Assembly (NCBI GenBank): GCA_963778655.1
Contig: CAVZVA010000010.1
Location: 1,248,001-1,312,000, forward strand
Length of the DNA stretch: 64,000 nt
DNA from: an uncultured delta proteobacterium
Lineage (GTDB): Bacteria > Myxococcota_A > Polyangia > Polyangiales > JAFGIB01
Direction: 5' to 3'
The translations under genes were made by a program, and so were the position numbers. Of this stretch, positions 38,677 to 46,630 are shown piece after piece. The notes beneath the pieces were generated by a model. That model saw only the letters and a list, made by a program, of their open reading frames with translations. It had not been told where the DNA came from and did not search any database. Positions within the stretch are counted from its first letter, which is position 1; each line of letters opens with the position of its first letter.

Positions 38677-39303
38677 TTACTTCGTGCCGAAGATCCTGTC
38701 GCCGGCGTCGCCGAGCCCTGGGATGATGTACGCGTTTTCGTCGAGGTGGCTGTCGATTGCGGCCGTCCAACAGCGCACGTCGGGGTGGGCTGCTTCGAGC
38801 GCGCGGATGCCTTCGGGCGCGGCGACGAAGACCAGGGCGCGCACGTCGCGGCAGCCGCGAGCCTTCAACAGCGCGATGGTCGCGAGCATCGATCCCGCGG
38901 TGGCGAGCATCGGGTCCACGATCAACGCCGTGCGCTGCTCGAGGTGCCCGACGAACTTCTGGAAATATTGCTCCGCCCGCAGGGTCTGGTGGTTGCGCGA
39001 GACGCCGACCATGCTGACCTTGGCGTTGGGCACCATCGTCAGCACGCCGTCCAGCATGCCCAGCCCGGCGCGCAAGATCGGCACGACCGTGATCTTGCGC
39101 CCGGCGATCTGATCGATCTCGATCGGGCCGCTCCAGCACTTGATCGTCTGTTTCTCGAGTGGGAGGTCGGCGGTGGCTTCGTAGGCCAACAGTGCCGCCA
39201 GCTCCGCGGTCAGCTCGCGGAACTTCTTGGTCGAGATGTCGGCCTCACGCAGCAGGCCGACCTTGTGTTTGACCAGAGGATGGTGGACTTGGATGACCGG
39301 CAT
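38677..39303 (-). CDS. upp: Uracil phosphoribosyltransferase
   Basis: [44 protein letters not shown]. Confidence 0.97.
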   Translation of the reverse strand: MPVIQVHHPLVKHKVGLLREADISTKKFRELTAELAALLAYEATADLPLEKQTIKCWSGPIEIDQIAGRKITVVPILRAGLGMLDGVLTMVPNAKVSMVGVSRNHQTLRAEQYFQKFVGHLEQRTALIVDPMLATAGSMLATIALLKARGCRDVRALVFVAAPEGIRALEAAHPDVRCWTAAIDSHLDENAYIIPGLGDAGDRIFGTK

Positions 39304-39700
39304 CGGGCCGAGTCTAGCGCAGACCGCCGGGCTCGGCGTTTGGAAGCCAAGAACGTGCTGCGCGGCGTGCGGAGCTCGGGGTCCGGGGCTGCGCGGACGC
39401 CGCGACGGGTCGACTGGGCGCGGGGGAGAGGAACAACGTGCTGGGGCGGTCTCGGGGGTCCGGGGTGAGGCACGGGCGGGTTGCACTTGCGCCGGTTGAG
39501 GCAAGACCTGCGAGCGCATCCCGCGACGCGCAACCCGCCCTCGGACGCGCGCGCCAAGCGGGCGTAGCCCGCAGGCGCTTGTCACGCGCGTACGCCCTCA
39601 CCCCGAACCCGCGCCCCCACGCGGCCGTCCGAGCACCATACTGTGCCACTCGCCCGCCGTCGCCGTTTTGCCCGCGCTCCCTTCGCGCTAGGCTCCGGGC

Positions 39701-40999
39701 GTGCGAAGCCTCACCACCGCGCGCAGCCTCGTCGTCCTCGCCGCGCTCGCTTGTGCCGCGTGCGGTGGCGGCTCCTCCTCGTCTGCCGCCGACGCCGGCG
39801 CCACCGCCAAGCCGCCGAGCTGCAAGCCCATGCCTGGGCGTTGCGATGCGTTCACCGAGGAGCGGCCGTTGCCGCTCAGCGAGCACGCGGCCGTGTATGA
39901 CCCCGAGCGGCTCGAGCTGGTGCTGTTCGGCGGCACCGACAGCATTCCGGCCAATTGCAGCATCGGCGGCCCCACGCGCTACCTGTTCAACACCTGGATC
40001 TACGACGACGTCTGCGGCAAGTGGCTGCGCGTGCTCGGCCAGACCCCGAGCCCCAGCGGCCGCCACATGGCCGCCTTCGGCGACGGACAGATGTGGGTCT
40101 TCGGCGGCCGCTTCCGCGACGCCAAGCAGGCCAGCGGCCCCTACCAGATCTACAACGACCTCGCGCGCTTCGACGTGGCCGCGCGCAAGTGGCACGCCGT
40201 CGACGTCTCAGGCGACGCACCCGCGCCACGCACCAGCGGCGCGCTGGTGTGGGACGACCGGCGCCACCTGCTGTGGCTCTTCGGCGGCAACCTCAGCGCC
40301 GATGGCGCCATCTACCTGCCGACCGCCGACGTGTGGAGCTTCGATCCGGCCAAGTCCAGCTGGAGCGAGCGCCAGCCCGACGGCACTGCTCCCGCCGCGC
40401 GCCTGTTTCACGCCGCGCTTTACGACCACGCGCGCGACGCCATGATCGTCTACGGCGGCGCCGACGCCAGCGCGCTCTCCCCCAGCGCCCAGGACTTCGG
40501 CGACGTGTGGGCGCTGTGGCTCAAGGACCTGCGCTGGGAACGCCTGCACCCCGGTGGTCGGGGCGCGCCCGAGGGCCGCTTCTGGGCCGGCCTCGCGCTC
40601 GACTCCAGCAGCGGAACCTATCTGCTGTTTGGCGGCCATGACGACCAGCAGCTCGGCAACCGCAACGACACCTGGCGCTTCGACCCCGACGCACGCAGCT
40701 GGCAGCGCATCGCCGAGGGGGACACCTTTAACAAGCCCGCCAACGGCACCTGCAACTTCCCGCCCGACTTCACCACCATCGATCCCGAGGCACCCGAGCG
40801 GCGCAGCGCACACACCCTGGTGTGGTCGCCCGCGTGCGGGCACGCCCTGCTCTTCGGCGGCAAGACCGATTGCGGCGCCGTCGACGACGTCTGGAGCTTC
40901 GACGGCGAGCGCTGGCAAAACCGCTTGCAGGCGACAGCGGGCGAAGCCTGCCTGCGTGCGGCGTCCGACCCCGCGCAGTGCAGCGGCCTGTGCATGTGA
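39701..40999 (+). CDS. Kelch-repeat beta-propeller lipoprotein
   Basis: Lipobox AAC; six FGG/YGG...W repeats. Confidence 0.85.
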   Translation: MRSLTTARSLVVLAALACAACGGGSSSSAADAGATAKPPSCKPMPGRCDAFTEERPLPLSEHAAVYDPERLELVLFGGTDSIPANCSIGGPTRYLFNTWIYDDVCGKWLRVLGQTPSPSGRHMAAFGDGQMWVFGGRFRDAKQASGPYQIYNDLARFDVAARKWHAVDVSGDAPAPRTSGALVWDDRRHLLWLFGGNLSADGAIYLPTADVWSFDPAKSSWSERQPDGTAPAARLFHAALYDHARDAMIVYGGADASALSPSAQDFGDVWALWLKDLRWERLHPGGRGAPEGRFWAGLALDSSSGTYLLFGGHDDQQLGNRNDTWRFDPDARSWQRIAEGDTFNKPANGTCNFPPDFTTIDPEAPERRSAHTLVWSPACGHALLFGGKTDCGAVDDVWSFDGERWQNRLQATAGEACLRAASDPAQCSGLCM

Positions 41000-41066
41000 A
41001 ACCGGCCCTGTGCCGGTGGAGAATTCCTGAGCCCGCGGCCGCAGCTCGTGCCAATCTAGTCTCGCC

Positions 41067-41726
41067 ATGGAGGAACAAGTGCACACCGAGGCTACACCCC
41101 ACGCCGAGCACGCCGGCGAGCCCGCAGCCGAGCTGCGTGCACGGATTCATGCCGAAACCGGCCGGCCGCAAGCCATCGCCGACCTGCTCGATTCGCTGCC
41201 CGAATCCCAGCGCGTCGCCGCGGTGCGCGCGCTCGGCCCGCGCGATCAGAAGCAGCTCTGGCAGCTGGTGGACGGCTTTGCCAGCGTGAGCCTCACCGAC
41301 ATGGTGCCGCCGCGCATTGCGGCGCTGACCCCGGTCGTGCACTACGGCAAGAACTCGATGCCCCTGTTCACGCTGTTCGAGAAGCGTTTCTATCGCCCCG
41401 CGGCCGAGGACCCGAACGCTCCGCGCGAGCTGTGCGGCGCGAACTTCCAGACCATCTCGTTCCTGACCGGCCCTGGCTACTACGTGGTCCGGCCGCACCC
41501 CAGCCGCGGCGGCGAGCTCGACGTCGACTACCGCAGTCTGCCGAGCAGCAAGCCCGAGGGTTGGCCCGCGATCGTGAGCAACGAGCGCGGGCTCAGCCGG
41601 CTGGTCTACGGCTTCATGGTCGACACGCTGCGTCGCGTCTCCGAGCACGTGACGATCGGCAGCGCGGCCCGTCACGGCAAGCCGATCGGCGCTTACTTCG
41701 TGCTGTGCAGGCAGGAGCTGCCGTGA
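41067..41726 (+). CDS. Hypothetical protein
   Basis: Good codon usage; GKNSMP..FEKRF, TGPGYY, VYGFMVDTLRRVS; coupled to next gene. Confidence 0.75.
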   Translation: MEEQVHTEATPHAEHAGEPAAELRARIHAETGRPQAIADLLDSLPESQRVAAVRALGPRDQKQLWQLVDGFASVSLTDMVPPRIAALTPVVHYGKNSMPLFTLFEKRFYRPAAEDPNAPRELCGANFQTISFLTGPGYYVVRPHPSRGGELDVDYRSLPSSKPEGWPAIVSNERGLSRLVYGFMVDTLRRVSEHVTIGSAARHGKPIGAYFVLCRQELP

Positions 41727-42130
41727 TCGCGTTGATCGCCGCGGCGATGCGCGACTTCATGCCAGCCACGGCGAGCTTGCCCGGAATCGCGGACACCGAC
41801 GTGCTCGGCTTCCTGCGCAGAATGCGCCGCGAGTCGGACCGGGCGTATTGGCTCGGCCTGGTCGTGGGCACGCTGGTCTACAATCTGACGCCGCTGCTCA
41901 CGCTGTATCTGCCGCTGCCCGCTGTGCTGCTGCCGGCGCGCCTGCGCGACGTGCATGCGCGCAAGATCGTCGACCACCGCAGCTACCTGATCCGCCAGGC
42001 GGTGTTTCTGGTGCGACTGTCCGCCGGCATGTGCTGGGGCGGCGATCCCGGCGTGCGGGCGCGTTTCGGGCTCGCGGCCTACGGCGAGGATCCGGGAACC
42101 TTCCGCACCCATGAGCCACATCGCGTTTGA
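41723..42130 (+). CDS. Hypothetical protein, possible GMC oxidoreductase partner subunit
   Basis: GTGA overlap with AGGAG RBS; overlaps GMC start; C-terminal DPGVRARFG. Confidence 0.6.
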   Translation: MIALIAAAMRDFMPATASLPGIADTDVLGFLRRMRRESDRAYWLGLVVGTLVYNLTPLLTLYLPLPAVLLPARLRDVHARKIVDHRSYLIRQAVFLVRLSAGMCWGGDPGVRARFGLAAYGEDPGTFRTHEPHRV

Positions 42131-43616
42131 AGCCGGCACGCGCGAGGTCGCGCTCGAGGTCGACTACGCGGTGGTCGGCAGCGGGGCCGGGGGCGCGACT
42201 GCGGCGGTGACGCTGGCGCGGGGCGGGCGCGAGGTGGCGCTGGTCGAGGCCGGCCCATGGCGCGACCCCGAGGACTATCCGTGCTCGGTGTACGGCACGA
42301 TGCGCGACATGATGGAGGATTGGGGCTCGCTGTTCACGCGCGGGCGCGCGTTCTGGCCGGTGGTGCAGGGCGCGCTGGTGGGCGGCTCCACGGTGATCAA
42401 CTCCGCGATCTGCGTGCGCACGCCGGGCGACGTGCTCGAGCGCTGGCAGCGCGAGCGCGGCATCGGCGGCGAGGCGATGGCGCACCAGATCTGGGAGCTG
42501 CAGGACGAGCTCGAGCGCGATCTGAACGCCGAGCGGCCGGCCGACGCCGCGCTCGGGCGCTCGAACAAGCTCGCGATGCAGGCCTCGGCCGCGCTCGGCT
42601 TCGAGGGCCACTACCTGCAGCGCTACGCCAAGGGCTGCGCCGGAAGCGGCAACTGCCTGCAGGGCTGCAAGGGCGAGAAGAAACAGAGCCTCAACGTGAC
42701 TTTCATACCGGAGCTGCTGCAACGCGGCGGTCACGTGCTGAGCTGCGCGCCTGCGCAGCGCGTGGTGCTCGAAGGCGGCCGCGCGGTCGGCGTGCGCGGG
42801 CGCTTCCGCCACCCGGCCACGCGCGCGGCCGGCGCGCCCTACTTCGTGCGCGCGCGCCGCGGCGTGCTGGTCGCGGCATCGGTCACCCACAGCCCGCTGC
42901 TGCTGCGGCAGTCGGGCCTGCGCCCGCCTGCGCTCGGGCGATATTTCCAGGCGCATCCGGGCTTGCCGCTGCTCGGGCTGTACGACGAGCCGATCGACAT
43001 GGGGCGCGGCGTGACCCAGGGTTGGGGCTCGTATGCGTTCCGCGACCGGCCCGGCTTCAAGCTCGAGACGCTGGGCCTGCCGCTCGACATGCTGGCCGGG
43101 CGGCTTTCCGGGGGCGGCCGGCTGCTGATGCAACGGCTGACCGAAGCCCGCCGGCTCGCGATGTGGGTGCAGGCGTGTCGCGCCGAGACGATCGGCTCGA
43201 TCGAGGCCGGCGCGCGCGGCAAGCCGATCGTGCGCTACACCCTGAACCGCGCGGACATGCTGCGCGTGCGCGAGGCTTTCTTGGTGCTCGCGCGCATGCA
43301 CTTCGCCGCGGGTGCCCGGGCCGTGCTGCCCGGGATCTTCGGCCTGCCGTATTCGCTCGGGCAGGACGAGCTGCAGGTGCTGGAGGCGGCGCCGCTCGAC
43401 CCGCGCGCGTACGTCGCCATCCTGTCACACCTGTTCGGCGGCTGCGTGATGGGCAAGGACCCGAGCAGCTCGGTCTGCGACGCGCGCGGCCGCGTGCACG
43501 GGGTCGACGGCTTGCTGGTGGTGGACGCGTCGGTGATGCCCACCAACCTCGGCGTGAACCCGCAGCACACGATCATGGCGCTGGCGCGGCTGTTCGCGCG
43601 GCGCTTGCTCGACTGA
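42111..43616 (+). CDS. GMC family FAD oxidoreductase
   Basis: VVGSGAGG, VGGSTVIN, CAGSGNCLQGC, HLFGGC, VDASVMPTNLGVNPQHTI. Confidence 0.92.
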   Translation: MSHIAFEAGTREVALEVDYAVVGSGAGGATAAVTLARGGREVALVEAGPWRDPEDYPCSVYGTMRDMMEDWGSLFTRGRAFWPVVQGALVGGSTVINSAICVRTPGDVLERWQRERGIGGEAMAHQIWELQDELERDLNAERPADAALGRSNKLAMQASAALGFEGHYLQRYAKGCAGSGNCLQGCKGEKKQSLNVTFIPELLQRGGHVLSCAPAQRVVLEGGRAVGVRGRFRHPATRAAGAPYFVRARRGVLVAASVTHSPLLLRQSGLRPPALGRYFQAHPGLPLLGLYDEPIDMGRGVTQGWGSYAFRDRPGFKLETLGLPLDMLAGRLSGGGRLLMQRLTEARRLAMWVQACRAETIGSIEAGARGKPIVRYTLNRADMLRVREAFLVLARMHFAAGARAVLPGIFGLPYSLGQDELQVLEAAPLDPRAYVAILSHLFGGCVMGKDPSSSVCDARGRVHGVDGLLVVDASVMPTNLGVNPQHTIMALARLFARRLLD

Positions 43617-43717
43617 GCCAGCGGCGCGCCGCATCCAGGAAGATTGCGGGATACCAGCCCGGCGTGCGGCGCAAGGACGGCTGACCCGTTCGAGCTTCGG
43701 TAGGGAACTATGCCGGC

Positions 43718-44617
43718 ATGATGTACATGCGTCTGGCTCCCCTGCTCGCCCTCGCGTATCTGGCTTGCGGTTGCGCCGCCGATGCTTCGGGCAGCGGCGG
43801 ATCCCCTGGCTTTTCCGCGGTTTCGGGAACAGGCGGCACACCCGCGATCGTAGGCGGATCGGGCGGAATCGGCTCCGGCGGCAGCGGCCAGGGCACCGGC
43901 GGCGCGACCGGAGTCGGGGTTGCGATGGGCACCGGTGGTGCGGGCGCGGTCGGCACCGGCGGCGCGGCCGCGCTCGGGACGGGCGGTGTTGGCGCTGGCA
44001 CCGGCGGCATGAGCGCGGGCGGGACGGGCGGCACGACGGCGGTCGGCACTGGCGGCATGGCCGCGGGTGGGACGGGCGGCATGGCGGCAGGCGGGACCGG
44101 CGGCATGGCGGCAGGCGGAAGCGGCGGCAGCGGGGCGGCCGGAAGCGCGGGCTCAGGCGGCTGCACCCAGAACCTTTCGTGCCAGCTCGCCGCGCCGGCG
44201 AGCAGCGGCGACATCCGTCAGGACTGCGTCGATCGGATCAACCAGTTCCGCACGCAGTGCGCGTGCCTGCCACCGCTTCAGCGCTGGACCGACGGCGAGG
44301 CGTGCGCCGATCAGATGGCGCAGTACGACAGCACCATGCCGAGCAGCCCCCACGCGGGTTTCATGAACCATGTCTGCAGCGGAGGCTCGGCCCAGGACGA
44401 GTGCCCCGGCTACGGTTCCAACGATCAGGTGATCGGCCTCTGCCTGCAGCAGATGTGGAACGAGGGGCCACCCCCGCAGTCGTCCTGTACGGGAAGCTGC
44501 TTTCAGATGTACGGGCACTTCATCAACATGACCAGCACCATGTCGACCAAGGTCGCGTGCGGCTTCGCCACCAACTCGACCGGCCAGATCTGGGCGGTCC
44601 AGAACTTTTCCTGGTAG
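43718..44617 (+). CDS. Lipoprotein with GTGG-rich linker and CAP/SCP-like domain
   Basis: Lipobox LAC; CVDRINQFR, QMWNEG, GHFINM, KVACGF, WAVQNF. Confidence 0.78.
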   Translation: MMYMRLAPLLALAYLACGCAADASGSGGSPGFSAVSGTGGTPAIVGGSGGIGSGGSGQGTGGATGVGVAMGTGGAGAVGTGGAAALGTGGVGAGTGGMSAGGTGGTTAVGTGGMAAGGTGGMAAGGTGGMAAGGSGGSGAAGSAGSGGCTQNLSCQLAAPASSGDIRQDCVDRINQFRTQCACLPPLQRWTDGEACADQMAQYDSTMPSSPHAGFMNHVCSGGSAQDECPGYGSNDQVIGLCLQQMWNEGPPPQSSCTGSCFQMYGHFINMTSTMSTKVACGFATNSTGQIWAVQNFSW

Positions 44618-44647
44618 GGCGCGCTGCGGACGGCATCGGCGCACCAC

Positions 44648-44938
44648 TCACGCTTCCAAGCATGCCTCGATGCGGAGGTCGGGAACCAGCCAAATCAGCG
44701 CGACCAGCGCGTAGATCGCGGTCGAGAGCCAGTGCTGCAGGAACGGGGTTGGAATCGCCACCACGTACAGTGCCGCCGGCAGCTTGCCCTTGAGATCGCG
44801 GCCGAGCTCGCGCGCGAGCGCCGAGTGGGTGCCCTGACGCCGGATGATCGCGGTCTGCAGGATCAGGTAGGCCACGCCCGCGAGCAGCAGCACGCCGCCG
44901 TAGATCGCGGCCGGCACCGACTCGAGGCAGTTCGCGCT
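44648..44938 (-). pseudogene. C-terminal remnant of TMEM175/DUF1211 K+ channel
   Basis: AIYGGVLL...LGRDLKGK...VALIWLVPDLRIE; N-terminal half with RxxxFSD motif absent. Confidence 0.72.
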
Positions 44939-45001
44939 GATCAGAATCGCGATCACGCCGTCGCTGAACCCTCGAGCCGCGTCTTGCTCATCCGCGTGCC
45001 G

Positions 45002-45448
45002 TCAGGCTGCGGAGCTGCGCTGTAGCAATGAGACCAGCAACCCTAGAAAGTCGCTCTCGGTCACGATGCCGACCAGCTCGTCGTCTTCCTTCACCACCGG
45101 CAGACAGCTGACCTTCGCCTCGTACAGCAGCCGCGCCGCCTCGGCCAGCGGCGTCTCCGGGGTCACGCGCAGCGGATCGCGCGTCATCACCTTGACCACG
45201 AAGGTGTTCTGCTCGAGGCGCCGCTCGGTCGAGGCGCCTGCGGCGCTGTGCGCCATCAGCTCGCTCAGCGTGAGCCGCAGCACGTCCTGATGGCTGAGCA
45301 GGCCCACCAGACGCTTGCCATCGACCACGGGCAGGTGCCGCACGTGCAGCCGGCTCATGAGCCGCGCAACCTGCTCGAGATTGTCCTCCTCCCGCACCAC
45401 CTCGGGTGCATGGGTCATGATCTCGGCGACGATGCTGGGGACAGCCAT
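45002..45448 (-). CDS. CBS domain pair protein
   Basis: VAEIMT, VRHLPVVD..LVGLLS, VMTRDP, CLPVV..LVGIVTESD; GGAG RBS. Confidence 0.92.
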   Translation of the reverse strand: MAVPSIVAEIMTHAPEVVREEDNLEQVARLMSRLHVRHLPVVDGKRLVGLLSHQDVLRLTLSELMAHSAAGASTERRLEQNTFVVKVMTRDPLRVTPETPLAEAARLLYEAKVSCLPVVKEDDELVGIVTESDFLGLLVSLLQRSSAA

Positions 45449-45639
45449 GGAGTTCTCCTTCGGCTAGCGCTACAGGCTCGCACGCAACCAGGTCCGATCG
45501 CGCTCGATCCGCTACCCAATATACGCCCGTATGGCGGCAAAGGCAGCTTTGGGGGCTCGGCACAGTCGGCGCTGCACCGGCTGTCGAGGCACTGCAGCAT
45601 CCGGGTGACTATGCATCGGGATGGGTCGGGAAAGCCGTT

Positions 45640-46014
45640 TCAGATCGAATTCATCATGCCGGGCATGCCGGTCACGACTTGCGGGGCGCCTTCGACCAGC
45701 ACCACCGGCACGCCGACCAGGGGAAAGGTGGTGCCCTTGATCTTGTGGCTGACGACGTCGAGCAACGCGCCGGCCTCGTTGCCCGAGCACATCGCGGTCT
45801 TGCCCTTCAAGTTGAGCAGCTTGCTGCTACCGCCGCCCTCCTTGGTCTTGTCCGTACCCTGGGCGAGCATGGCGGTGTCGCCCATGATCGGATAGGGCAT
45901 CGGCAGCGGGCTCGGCGCCGCGGGCGTCATGCACATGTTGGGCGCCATGCCCATGACTTGGTGCGAGCTCTTTTCAGTGACCATATCCATTCCGAGTGCG
46001 GTCAGCGTAGGCAT
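45640..46014 (-). CDS. Stand-alone PAAR-like spike tip protein (DUF4150 type)
   Basis: PNMCMTPAAPSPLPMPYP, SGNEAG, DVVS, VLVEG; GAGGAGG RBS; downstream of vgrG genes. Confidence 0.82.
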   Translation of the reverse strand: MPTLTALGMDMVTEKSSHQVMGMAPNMCMTPAAPSPLPMPYPIMGDTAMLAQGTDKTKEGGGSSKLLNLKGKTAMCSGNEAGALLDVVSHKIKGTTFPLVGVPVVLVEGAPQVVTGMPGMMNSI

Positions 46015-46054
46015 CGGGGGCCTCCTCGTCGCGTGGGGTCCGAGTCAGAACGGA

Positions 46055-46123
46055 TCACAGGAAGCCGAGATGGCGGGAAGAGTGAATTGGTGCACTCTTC
46101 CCGTCTTCGCGTCTTCCTGCTGA
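46055..46123. other. Long intergenic hairpin upstream of PAAR-like gene
   Basis: CGGGAAGAGTG (46074-84) pairs with CACTCTTCCCG (46093-103); outer CAGGAAG/CTTCCTG and TCA/TGA. Confidence 0.75.
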
Positions 46124-46152
46124 ATCTTCGGTAGAGCATGTTTCTGCTCGAG

Positions 46153-46620
46153 CTAGTTGAGCTTGATCGCCTTGCCCAGGATGCGGGTCAGCAGCCTGCC
46201 CCGGACCAGCAGCTCGTCGCCGAACAGCTCGGTCGTCTGCGCGCGTAGGCGCAAGAACGAGCGCGGGGTCGCAAGCAACGCTTCCTCGGCGCGCAGCTTC
46301 AGGCGCTTGACGCTGGCCTCGAGGTTGCCCTTGCGATCGATCTCGAGGCTGCGTGCGGTCGCGAGCGCCCCCACCACGCAGGGCCCGCTCGGGTCGATCA
46401 CCACGCGCGCGCCGCGCGCGCACGCCTGCTCGACCAGCGCGGGATCCACGCTGGGATCGATCTCGCACTCGATTTCGCGCGTACCGGCCCGCACCCGGGC
46501 ACGGGTGCCCTGCACACAGGTGACCAGCCCGAGCACGATCGGCGAAGCGGCGAGCTCGTTATCGGCGCAGCCACCGCGTGCCGATCCCGTCTCGCTCGTA
46601 AACGCTGCGTCGTATGCCAT
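46153..46620 (-). CDS. VgrG-associated small protein (DUF6484/DUF3540-like)
   Basis: GAGGAG RBS; OB-like N-part, gp5-like beta-strands ending TRILGKAIKLN. Confidence 0.6.
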   Translation of the reverse strand: MAYDAAFTSETGSARGGCADNELAASPIVLGLVTCVQGTRARVRAGTREIECEIDPSVDPALVEQACARGARVVIDPSGPCVVGALATARSLEIDRKGNLEASVKRLKLRAEEALLATPRSFLRLRAQTTELFGDELLVRGRLLTRILGKAIKLN

Positions 46621-46630
46621 GTCGTCCTCC

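Noticed and set aside
41038..41053. Minus-strand TGGCAC as a sigma54 promoter
   Set aside because: No TTGC at the correct spacing and no downstream gene on that strand
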